A DNA stretch of 64,000 nucleotides. It comes from Macrostomum lignano (Eukaryota). The stretch covers positions 276,967 through 340,966 of the forward strand of contig NIVC01000952.1 of assembly GCA_002269645.1 (NCBI GenBank), written 5' to 3'. Under the pieces are notes generated by a model, which made no database searches, had not been told where the DNA came from, and saw only the letters and a list, made by a program, of their open reading frames with translations. The translations under genes were made by a program, and so were the position numbers. Positions 51,540-64,000 of this stretch are shown piece by piece (the first letter of the stretch is position 1; each line of letters begins with the position of its first letter).

Positions 51540-54500
51540 ATGGCAACAGCCAGAAAAGACCTGATGCAGCGCGCCGTGAAGCCGGTCTCTCTGCAGGACG
51601 AGTTCGTTCGCTTCTGCATGCTGTCCTCGGTGCGGGGCGTGCCGCGGATCCTGCGCAGCCGCAGCCTCTGCTGGCAGGCCGTCTGGCTGGTGTCCGTCTT
51701 CGGCTTTCTTGGCATCTCGCTGCTGTCCATCACCCTGCTGGTGAACACCTACCTGTCCTACCAGACCGTGCTGGAGGTGACCACAAGGCACTACACGCAG
51801 ACCGTGCCTTTTCCCTCGGTGACCATCTGCAACCTGCAGCCGTTCTCCACCGACATGGTCAAGCGGTTCATCCGCAACCCCAACGTAAACGTGACGGACA
51901 TGCGCTTCCTCAACGAGCTGAAGAAGATGAAGAACCACCCCAACTACACCAGCAGCTTCAAAGCGTTAAACGAGAAGTCGTTCCTGTTCCAGAACTGGGG
52001 CATCGAGACGGTGCGCAAGATCGGCCTGACCTTCCATGAGTTCGTGCTTGACGGCACCTGCAACTTCAGCTTCGTGCAGGCGGCCAAGTTCCAGCAGCGC
52101 GAGTGCAACCTGCGCACCGACGTGCTGCTCATCCCCAACCCGCAGTTCTTCACCTGCTTCATGATCTCGCCCACCCCGGACATCGCCAACACCACCTACT
52201 CGCTGGAGATGGACCTCTACCTGGACACTGAGCAGCTGTTCGACTGCCAGCAGACCACTGAGTGCCACGACGCGCTCTTCGACCTGGACGACAGCATCGG
52301 GGCCCACGTCCTGGTGCACCCCGCCATGACCTACCCGCGCATCAGCCAGCTGGGCATCCACGTGCTGCCAGGGACCAAGAGCGTCATCGAGGTGGTGGAA
52401 ACCCGCAGCCTAGAGAAGTATCAGCAGTCGCCAAAGGAGACCTGCACTAATAAGCAGCTTATCGACCTGTTCATCGGGGCCAAGGAGCGAACCACCGCCT
52501 TCCCCTTTGCCTACGAGAGCTTCACCTGCCGCCAGCTTATGGTTCAGGTGGGGAATTCGGAACTTGCTAAACTCCAGTCACTGCACACTCCCTCCACTCA
52601 CCACTCTCCCACTCTCCTCCCCTCACCACTCTCCCACTCTCCCCCCTGACCACTCTACCACTCCCCCCTCACCACTCTACCACTCTCCCCCCTCACCACT
52701 CTCCCACTCTCCCCTCCTCACCACTCTCCCACTCTCCCCCCTCACCACTCTCCCACTCTCCCCCCCTCACCACTCTCCCACTCTCCCCCTCACAACTCTC
52801 CCACTCTCCTCCTCACCACTCTACCACTCCCCCCTCACCACTCTCCCACTCTCCCCCCCTCACCACTCTCCCACTCTCCCCCCTCACCACTCTCCCACTC
52901 TCCCCCCTCACCACTCTCCCACTCTCCTCCCCTCACCACTCTCCCACTCTCCCCCCTCACCACTCTCCCACTCTCCCCCTCACCACTCTACCACTCTCCC
53001 CCCTCACCACTCTCCTCCCTCACCACTCTCCCCCCTCACCACTCTCCCACTCTCCCCCTCACCACTCTCCCACTCTCCCCCCTCACCACTCTACCACTCT
53101 CCCCCTCACCACTCTCCCCCCTCACCACTCTCCCACTCTCCCCCCTCACCACTCTCCTCCCTCACCACTCTCCCCCCTCACCACTCTCCCACTCTCCCCC
53201 CTCACCACTCTCCCACTCTCCCCCTCACCACTCTCCCACTCTCCCCCCTCACCACTCTCCTCCCTCACCACTCTCCCCCCTCACCACTCTCCCACTCTCC
53301 CCCCTCACCACTCTCCCACTCTCCCCCTCACCACTCTCCCACTCTCCCCCCTCACCACTCTCCTCCCTCACCACTCTCCCCCCTCACCACTCTCCCACTC
53401 TCCCCCCTCACCACTCTACCACTCTCCCCCCTCACCACTCTCCTCCCTCACCACTCTACCACTCTCCCCCTCACCACTCTCCTCCCTCACCACTCTCCCC
53501 CCTCACCACTCTCCCACTCTCCCCCCTCACCACTCTCCCACTCTCCCCCCTCACCACTCTCCCACTCTCCCCCTCACCACTCCACCACTCTCCCCCCTCA
53601 CCACTCTCCTCCCTCACCACTCTCCCCCCTCACCACTCTACCACTCTCCCCCCTCACCACTCTCCCCCCTCACCACTCTCCCACTCTCCCCCTCACCACT
53701 CTCCCACTCTCCCCCTCACCACTCTCCCACTCTCCCCCTCACCACTCTACCACTCTCCCCCCTCACCACTCTCCTCCCTCACCACTCTCCCCCTCACCAC
53801 TCTCCCACTCTCCCCCCTCACCACTCTCCCACTCTCCCCCCTCACCACTCTCCCACTCTCCCCCCTCACCACTCTACCACTCTCCCCCCTCACCACTCTC
53901 CTCCCTCACCACTCTCCCCCCTCACCACTCTACCACTCTCCCCACTCTCCTCACTCTTGCACTCTCCCACTCTACCAACTCCTCCCTGCTTTACCTGCTC
54001 TACCCACTCTCTCACTCTAGCCACTATTCTCACTCTCCTACTCTCCCCACTCCTGTCACCCCGCTCTCCGCTCCCCAGGAGAAAATCCTGAGCAACTGCG
54101 GCTGCACGGACCCGGACTACCCTCTCACGGCCGACATGAAAGACGCGCCGTTCTGCGCCGAGCTGAAGAAGCCGGGCCAGAGCACCGACGCGTTTCTCAA
54201 AAAGTGAGCAGCGAGCAAGAGCTGGCCACAGTCAGTTTGCAGGAGTTCTCCCCCCCCCCGCCAGCTGCCTCAGCCCGCATATCCATTTCCACTTAATTTG
54301 CAAGCCATCTGTTGCTCAGCACTGCAGAGAGGCTTGGGGGGCCTGTGGGGGAGATGAGGGACTTTCTCTCTCTCCTGATTAAAGCAATTGACAAATGGGA
54401 GGCTGCGTGCGACCAGCAGATGAATTCAGCGTGGAGATTTCCGCCTTCGGTTTTCTGTCAGAGCTTGCAAGCAGAGTTGGAATACATTTTGCAGTGCAAC

Positions 54501-57500
54501 TGCACCGCAGCCAGCCGCTTCACTGGCAGATGGCAGTCATCCGAATGAAGCAGAACTGCCTCCGGCCAGCTCGTTTTTTGCATGAAAAACGGCATTTTTT
54601 AGCTTTGAAAAAAACGAATAAAAATCGTAAATGCTTTTTTCCAATTTTCCATTAACAAGGGACAGGAGAGAGAGAGAGGGGGTTTGAGCACAGATTTGGC
54701 ATTTTGGATTGGCATAGGAGGGTAGGAGGATAGGAGAGAGCGGAGAGACTGGGGATGGAGACCAAAATATACGGAGAGATGCCTGCAGAGGAGTGCAAGA
54801 CAGACTTGCCAATTCCGCAGATGCGTAGGAGCAGACAGTGAATGCAGGAGGGAGGGAGGATAAAAGCCTCTCTCCCTCGTGCAGAGCGAGATCAGGGCTT
54901 GAGTCTGCAACAAACTGATTCAAGCAGATTAATTCAAGCAGGTCTGTCAATAAAGCAACATGTCCCAGTTATCTCTCAGTGTGTCTCGGTATCTCCCAGT
55001 GCGTCTCAGGTATCTCTCAGTGTGTCTCGGTATCTCCCAGTGCGTCTCAGGTATCTCCCAGTGCGTCTCAGGTATCTCCCAGTGCGTCTCAGGTATCTCC
55101 CAGTGCGTCTCAGGTATCTCCCAGTGCGTCTCAGGTATCTCCCAGTGCGTCTCAGGTATCTCCCAGTGCGTCTCAGGTATCTCCCAGTGCGTCTCAGGTA
55201 TCTCCCAGTGCGTCTCAGGTATCTCCCAGTGCGTCTCAGGTATCTCCCAGTGCGTCTCAGGTATCTCCCAGTGCGTCTCAGGTATCTCCCAGTGCGTCTC
55301 AGGTATCTCCCAGTGCGTCTCAGGTATCTCCCAGTGCGTCTCAGGTATCTCCCAGTGCGTCTCAGGTATCTCCCAGTGCGTCTCAGGTATCTCCCAGTGC
55401 GTCCCAGTTATCTCTCAGTGTGTCTCGGTATCTCCCAGTGCGTCCCAGGTATCTCTCGGTGTGTCTCGGTATCTCCCAGTGCGTCCCAGTTATCTCTCAG
55501 TGTGTCTCGGTATCTCCCAGTGCGTCCCAGGTATCTCTCGGTGTGTCTCGGTATCTCCCAGTGCGTCCCAGTTATCTCTCAGTGTGTCTCGGTATCTCCC
55601 AGTGCGTCCCAGTTATCTCTCAGTGTGTCTCGGTATCTCCCAGTGCGTCCCAGGTATCTCTCGGTGTGTCTCGGTATCTCCCAGTGCGTCCCAGTTATCT
55701 CTCAGTGTGTCTCGGTATCTCCCAGTGCGTCTCAGGTATCTCCCAGTGCGTCCCAGTTATCTCTCAGTGTGTCTCAGTATCTCCCAGTGCGTCTCAGGTA
55801 TCTCCCAGTGCGTCTCAGGTATCTCCCAGTGCGTCCCAGTTATCTCTCAGTGTGTCTCGGTATCTCCCAGTGCGTCCCAGGTATCTCTCGGTGTGTCTCG
55901 GTATCTCCCAGTGCGTCCCAGTTATCTCTCAGTGTGTCTCGGTATCTCCCAGTGCGTCCCAGGTATCTCTCAGTGCGTCCCACCCAGGTATCTCTCAGTG
56001 CGTCTCAGGTAACTCCCAGTCCGTCCCACCCAGGTATCTCCCAGTGCGTCCCACCCAGGTATCTCCCAGTGCGTCCCACCCAGGTATCTCCCAGTGCGTC
56101 CCAGGTATCCTAGTGCGTCCCAGGTATCTCCCAGTCCGTCCCACACAGGTATCTCACAGTGCGTCTCAGGTATCTCTCAGTGTGTCTCGGTATCTCCCAG
56201 TGCGTCCCAGGTATCTCCCAGTGCGTCCCAGGTATCTCCCAGTGCGTCCCAGGTGTCTCCCGGTGCGTCCCAGGTATCTCCCAGTGCGTCCCAGGTATCC
56301 TAGTGCGTCCCACCCAGGTATCTCCCAGTGCGTCGCAGGTATCTCCCAGTGTGTCCCAGAGTGTGTTCTTGTGTGTCCCAGAGTGTGTCCCAGAGTGTGT
56401 CCCAGAGTGTGTCCCAGAGTGTGTCCCAGAGTGTGTCCCAGAGTGTGTCCCAGAGTGTGTCCCAGAGTGTGTCCCAGAGTGTGTCCCAGAGTGTGTCCCA
56501 GAGTGTGTCCCAGAGTGTGTCCCTGTGTGTCCCAGAGTGTGTCCCAGAGTGTGTCCCAGAGTGTGTCCCAGAGTGTGTCCCAGAGTGTGTCCCAGAGTGT
56601 GTCCCAGAGTGTGTCCCAGAGTGTGTCCCAGAGTGTGTCCCAGAGTGTGTCCCAGAGTGTGTCCCAGAGTGTGTCCCAGAGTGTGTCCCAGAGTGTGTCC
56701 CAGAGTGTGTCCCAGAGTGTGTCCCTGTGTGTCCCAGAGTGTGTCCCAGAGTGTGTCCCAGAGTGTGTCCCAGAGTGTGTCTGAGTGTGTCCCAGAGTGT
56801 GTCCCAGAGTGTGTCCCAGAGTGTGTCCCAGAGTGTATCCCAGAGTATGTCCCAGAGTGTGTCCCAGTGTGTGTCCCAGAGTGTGTCCCTGTGTGTCCCC
56901 CTGTGTGTCCCAGAGTGTGTCCCAGAGTGTGTCCCAGAGTGTGTCCCAGAGTGTGTCCCAGAGTGTGTCCCTGTGTGTCCCCCTGTGTGTCCCAGAGTGT
57001 GTCCCAGAGTGTGTCCCAGAGTGTGTCCCAGAGTGTGTCCCAGAGTGTGTCCCTGTGTGTCCCCCAGTGTGTCCCAGAGTGTGTCCCAGAGTGTGTCCCA
57101 GAGTGTGTCCCAGAGTGTGTCCCAGTGTGTGTCCCTGTGTGTCCCAGAGTGTGTCCCAGTGTGTGTCCCAGAGTGTGTCCCAGAGTGTGTCCCAGAGTGT
57201 GTCCCAGAGTGTGTCCCAGAGTGTCCCAGAGTGTGTTCTTGTGTGTCCCTGTGTGTCCCAGAGTGTGTCCCAGAGTGTGTCCCAGTGTGTGTCCCTGTGT
57301 GTCCCAGAGTGTGTCCCAGTGTGTGTCCCAGAGTGTGTCCCAGAGTGTGTCCCAGTGTGTCCCAGAGTGTGTTCTTGTGTGTCCCTGTGTGTCCCAGAGT
57401 GTGTCCCAGAGTGTGTCCCAGAGTGTGTCCCAGTGTGTGTCCCAGAGTGTGTCCCAAAGTGTGTCCCAGTGTGTGTCCCAGAGTGTGTCCCAGTGTGTGT

Positions 57501-60225
57501 CCCTGTGTGTCCCAGAGTGTGTCCCAGAGTGTGTCCCAGAGTGTCCCAGAGTGTGTTCTTGTGTGTCCCTGTGTGTCCCTGTGTGTCCCAGAGTGTGTTC
57601 TTGTGTGTCCCTGTGTGTCCCAGAGTGTGTCTCAGAATGTGTCCCAGAGTGTGTCCCAGAGTGTCCCAGAGTGTGTTCTTGTGTGTCCCTGTGTGTCCCT
57701 GTGTGTCCCAGAGTGTGTTCTTGTGTGTCCCTGTGTGTCCCTGTGTGTCCCAGAGTGTGTTCTTGTGTGTCCCTGTGTGTCCCAGAGTGTGTCCCAGAAT
57801 GTGTCCCAGAGTGTGTCCCAGAGTGTGTCCCAGAGTGTGTCCCAGTGTGTGTCCCAGAGTGTGTCCCAGTGTGTGTCCCAGGGTGTGTCCCAGTTGTCAG
57901 CTCTCTGGCCTAAAGTTGCAGGCCGTCAGCCGGTATTTGCCCAGCACAAGCAGCAATAGTGTGAGAAAACAGCTCAGGCCAGGCAGTGCGAGTGATTTAA
58001 AACCCGATCTGGCAGCAGGCAGTCCTGGAAAGCGCTAGATAGGAAATCCCGCATAGTCCCCGGGTTTCCCTGGAAATGGGAAATTAAATTATCCCTATCC
58101 ACCCCCAAGTCAGGGGTATCAGGATTTGCGGATAGGGGAGCGGCTGGCGCCGGCTGCTCCGAAATGCCACGGATTGTCCCCAGCGATTAGGGTGGCAACG
58201 GAGAGGTGCGAGGCGTCCTTTAGGGGGAGTGGGTTGTGGGGACTCGGGATGGGAGGAATCGTTGGGGCCAATCAATTATTCACGAACCGCTGCTTTGCTC
58301 CGAGCAAACCCGATGGGCCTGTGGCTGCCGCTTGAAGCAGCCGAGACGATAAAGGCGCCAGTTATTGTTAAACATTAGTCACACTCGCAGCATGGGTTCC
58401 AGCTGACTGCTCCCTACTTACACATATAATCTGTATTTAGTATTGAGTTTCGCTTGAGCTGGTTTCCTGGGTTGCTTTAGAGATTCTAGATCTTGAGTCC
58501 GCATTTGTACTCTGATTAACCAGTGTGTCCATTTTGTTTGATCATATCTCACAATAAACTTTAGATGTATTTAGATTAGCAATCCATCGGATCTCACAAT
58601 GCACCTAGGATAGATTAGCAATCCATCGTATCTCACAATGCACCTAGGATAGATTAGCAATCCATCGTATCTCACAATGCATCTAGGATAGATTAGCAAT
58701 CCATCATATCTTGTAATACGCCTAGGATAGATTAGCAATCCATCATATCTTGTAATACGCTTAGGAAAGATTAGCGATCCATCATATCTTGTAATACGCC
58801 TAGGATAGATTAGCAATCCATCATATCTTGTGATACGCCTAGGATAGATTAGCAATCCATCGTATCTCGGAATGCACCTAGGATAGATTAGCAATCCATC
58901 GTATCTCGGAATGCACCTAGGATAGATTAGCAATCCATCGTATCTCGGAATGCACCTAGGATAGATTAGCAATCCATCGTATCTCGGAATGCACCTAGGA
59001 TAGATTAGCAATCCATCGTATCTCACAATGCACCTAGGATAGATTAGCAATCCATCGTATCTCACAATACACTTGGGATGCATGTAGAGTGGCAACCCAG
59101 TGCAGCCCTATAAGTCACAGCTCATTTCTGGCAGCTCGGCCGCATGGCTTTTGAAATTCGCAGCTACGATTGCGCCTCGCGCCTGGAGTTGGACCCCAGA
59201 AACCTGATCAAGGAGAACTTGAACGACCAGTGCGCCACGCCCTGCCAATCCATCTCGTTTAAGACCACCGCCTACCAGTCTCTGTGGCCGCCTAAAACCA
59301 ACGAGTTGGACTTTTACCGGCTGAGGGTGCAGGGCAAGCCCCTGTTCGGCAGAAAGTTCGACGCCTACGAGCAGGTGGGTCAGCCCGTTCGTGTGACTCT
59401 GCTAAGCTCCTATTTGACACCGTGATGTTCCACATAGACTTAGCACATCTTGCACTCACGGACACCGTGTCCACCGCACATAGACTTAGCACATCTTGCA
59501 CTCACGGACACCGTGTCCACCGCACATAGACTTAGCACATCTTGCACTCACGGACACCGTGTCCACCGCACATGGACTTAGCACATCTTGCACTAACGGA
59601 CACCGTGTCCACCGCACATAGACTTAGCACATCTTGCACTCACGGACACCGTGTCCACCGCACATGGACTTAGCACATCTTGCACTAACGGACACCGTGT
59701 CCACCGCACATAGACTTAGCACATCTTGCACTAACGGACACCGTGTCCACCGCACATGGACTTAGCACATCTTGCACTCACGGACACCGTGTCCACCACA
59801 CATAGATCTATCTAGCACAGCTGGCGCTCGTGCCTCCGCAGGCGGAGAACTTCACCCGTCTTGGCCGGCACACCGAGGCCGCCAGGGCCCTGAAGAGCCC
59901 CGACGCGAACGCCATCCGGGACAATTTCCTCCGACTGCGCGTCTTCCGACCGGACCTGTCGCTCACCGTCACTAAAGAGAAGCTGCAGATCACCCCGGAG
60001 ACCCTGATCTCTCAGATTGGCGGCTCGTTCTCTCTGTGGGGCGGCCTGACGGTGATCACCACAGTGGAGCTGCTGGAGTTCGTGTACTACATGGCCAAGC
60101 GGTTCGTCTGCTCAGGCTACGGCGGCGACTCTCAGAGCGAGCAGTCGGGGGAAGCGGGCGAGGCTGGCGATGTGGCGATGCCGCTGGCCGTCTACGCATC
60201 AGTCAGAGGTCCAGCGACCAGCTGA
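51540..60225 (+). CDS. DEG/ENaC (amiloride-sensitive/ASIC/FaNaC superfamily) ion channel, >=4 exons, ~585 aa
   Basis: Exons 51540-52547, 54079-54203, 59135-59374 and 59842 (or 59821)-60225. TM1 is followed by YLSY...FPSVTICN. Also a CFMISP motif, a Cys-rich thumb (CRQ...NCGC..PDYP...PFC...C...QCATPC), NFLRLRVF and TM2 LISQIGGSFSLWGGLTVITTVELLE. The exon 2/3 junction is off by one nucleotide as assembled. Confidence 0.88.
52575..53990. repeat. C-rich degenerate minisatellite (CCACTCTCCCCCCTCA-type) filling DEG/ENaC intron 1
   Basis: Direct reading. Essentially G-free for ~1.4 kb. Confidence 0.93.
54962..56352. repeat. 21-bp minisatellite (GGTATCTCCCAGTGCGTCTCA and variants) in DEG/ENaC intron 2
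   Basis: Direct reading. Homogeneous block at 55030-55390, with variant dimers and trimers downstream. Confidence 0.93.
56353..57892. repeat. 12-bp minisatellite (GTGTGTCCCAGA)n in DEG/ENaC intron 2
   Basis: Direct reading. It abuts the 21-bp array. Confidence 0.95.
58572..59075. repeat. 39-bp minisatellite (~13 copies) in DEG/ENaC intron 2
   Basis: GATTAGCAATCCATCGTATCTC(A/G)(C/G)AATGCACCTAGGATA, with a central block of variant units. Confidence 0.93.
59431..59803. repeat. 46-bp minisatellite (~8 copies) in DEG/ENaC intron 3
   Basis: CACAT(A/G)GACTTAGCACATCTTGCACT(C/A)ACGGACACCGTGTCCACCG, containing the palindrome GGACAC-C-GTGTCC. Confidence 0.93.
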
Positions 60226-60514
60226 TGATCACGTGACCCGAGACCGCTTGCAGATGCACAAATCTCAAAACTCAAAATACGAGCCAGAGGGGTCCGGACT
60301 TTCATGCTGCTCACGTTGCATTTGACTGAAATTTTATGCAGACCAACAGATACAGGCGCCAAAGTTATAACCCAGTTTATTGGCGAATCATTGCTTTTAG
60401 TTACAAAATTCAAACTCGCAAGCCAAGGTGGAAGAGAGCTTTGGGTTCTTCTCTCGTCGGTCCCTTGTTCAGCATCAGCCCGCCTGCAGCCTGACCTCGC
60501 ATGAGCCTCGGCGT

Positions 60515-60660
60515 GTCAGCAATTCCCCCATAAGCTTCGACATCTCAGCGATTTCCCCAGTAAGCCTCGACCTCTCAGCAATTCCCCCAGTAAGCATTGA
60601 CATCTCAGCAATTCCCCTAGTAAGCCTTGACATATCAGCAATTCCCCCAGTAAGCCTCGG
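60515..60660. repeat. 30-bp tandem repeat (~5 copies)
   Basis: CAGCAATTCCCCCAGTAAGCCTCGACATCT. Confidence 0.85.
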
Positions 60661-62489
60661 CCATCGATTCGATCGATCGTAAGTCTAACAACAGTCAATG
60701 AAGAGATGCGAGCAGATCTCGTAAACATGTGGGAAAACGAGCTAGGCACTTATTTTTATGAGGTGCTCTCAAATATTCTATTTTTTCAATCCTATGTGCA
60801 CATGTATACTCAACAACATTAAAAAGTCGCCACCTTTGAGAGTGCGCAGTAAATTCCAGCTCAGTATTGACTTTTGAGTGATGCAACTTGCGCCACGCGA
60901 CGCAGAGTTGGGCTGGGTGAGGACTAGGAGGGATTGGGAAGAGTGGCAGGAGAGGATTGGATGGGATATAGAAGCTTCTGCCCAGTTTTCATTGTTTTTT
61001 CAAGCATTTTTTAATATCAAAATGGTTGGCCAGGTGAAAGACGCTGGTCAAAAGACACTGCTCACTGGGGCACAGGGTGCAGGCGACTGTTTTCAATGTT
61101 GCTGAGTATATTTTCCTTAAAATAACTTTTCTCGGCTACTATAATCTTATATTGGCGCATATTATAACACTGCATGTGTTTCTCTTCAGCTAGAGTCGAT
61201 GATGATGCGCCCAGGTGTTTATATATGTCCTATTCTAAATTCTGCAGTTGCACTGTACACTCTTGATTCTTACATGGCTTTATATAAATCTATACAAATT
61301 AAAGCCTTTTTCAAACAGCATTGACAAGAGTTTCTGTGTGCCAAGCCAGTAAATTGAATGTACTAAATAAAAAATCTTGTAGACGCTTCACTGTTTTTGC
61401 GAGTTGAAAATGATCAGCAAAATCTATACTCATTGATCAGGTCTGTTACGAATTCTTTAAAGTACTCGCAATTATTTTCTTCTACCCAGACACGTAACTC
61501 AGCTTTCTAGCATGCAAAATTAGCCTTATGAGTATATCCATATTATCAGTCTGCAAGTCTGTCTAATGAAATGGAACTTCTCTTTAATACAAATGTATAC
61601 TGCGATTGGCATAAATGTATCTCTGCCCGCGGATATGAAAGGCCTGAATAATAGCACTTCGAACTTTGGGGCGTTTCAGAATCGACTCTATCAAACGGCT
61701 GGAAATTCGATGGATTTTATTGATGAAGTGAAAGCAGCTGGATGCAGTCGTAGCCAAACTTGTAGCGAACTTTCTCCAACTGGGAAGCTGCCCCAGCCGT
61801 GTGAGCTACATCAGACAGCGGTGCAGCATCGAGCTTGTATTTTATGGCTAAGCCAGACAGGCGGTTCCAACAAGCTCCTGCAGTGGCCACACGCACTGCA
61901 GATGCAGGCCAGGAAAGTGCAGCTCGCATCGGTAGTGGGGGGAGGGCAGTCACTCCGATCCCGGAGTCAGCAGAGCAGGCGGTTCCGAATGCGAGCACAG
62001 GACTTGCCGTCCCAGCCCTCTGTGTGAAAGTGGATTTATCGCTTCTTTCATAGCTGCTCCCAGACGCATAGCAGCTCATCCATTAAAGATGCAGGCATCC
62101 GATCAGATGGAAATCCATTAACAACGCTGCTACCTCAGCTGCAGAGCAGAGCCCGCCGTGGGTCCCACAGTGGCATCCAACAAGTTCCACTGCCAGTGGC
62201 AGCTCAAAGGTCGACTTACAGCAGTCCCTGGAGCCATGCAAATTAATGCTCTTTAATCTGCATTAGAGACTGTCTAACTTATTTATGCCTGCTTGCCTGC
62301 AAGGCTGCAAGTTCAAACAGTCGATCGATTTAAATTTATTTACTGCCCGCGTCCTCCTCTGGGGCCCCAGGCCAGTCACCGTCCCGTTTTGCTATCGCGA
62401 GGCAAGACGGACGCAAAAAAATAATTGGCAGACACAAGCAAAACAGAGCGAGGTGGGAAGGCAGGCAAAGAAAGGCACTAAGGCCACTG

Positions 62490-64000
<1,511 letters not shown>

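Noticed and set aside
54842-58038. Long ORFs of 350-600 aa (YLPVRLR, SQVSPSA, CPRV/VPEC repeats)
   Set aside because: These are translations of 21- and 12-bp tandem repeats, open in several frames on both strands, inside a DEG/ENaC intron.

Overview
Eukaryotic (animal) genomic DNA with GT-AG spliced genes, GC3-rich exons and AT-rich intergenic DNA. About 40% of the window is tandem repeat, by my rough sum of array lengths. The style fits a free-living flatworm such as Macrostomum, but this is inference only. I assembled these gene models by hand: G3BP (NTF2-RRM-RGG, +), a cationic amino acid transporter (SLC7/CAT, +), a C2H2 zinc-finger gene (-), LSM10 (-), a PEPT/SLC15 peptide transporter (-), a two-exon orphan with polyQ (+), a DEG/ENaC channel (+), and a pseudogenised secreted three-finger (Ly6/uPAR-like) gene (-). 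Mobile elements are a full-length tRNA-derived SINE with a 14-bp TSD and three non-autonomous TIR elements. Two large satellites (43 bp x ~112 and 47 bp x ~178) and about 20 private mini- and microsatellites are present. The most notable observations: the G3BP start codon lies inside the last copy of a 71-bp minisatellite in which every full unit carries a splice-acceptor-like site and two short ORFs; an intronic array of 13 CAG|GTGAGT sites resembles recursive-splicing points; and the DEG/ENaC has non-canonical gating and filter motifs. No rRNA, bona fide tRNA or CRISPR array is supported.
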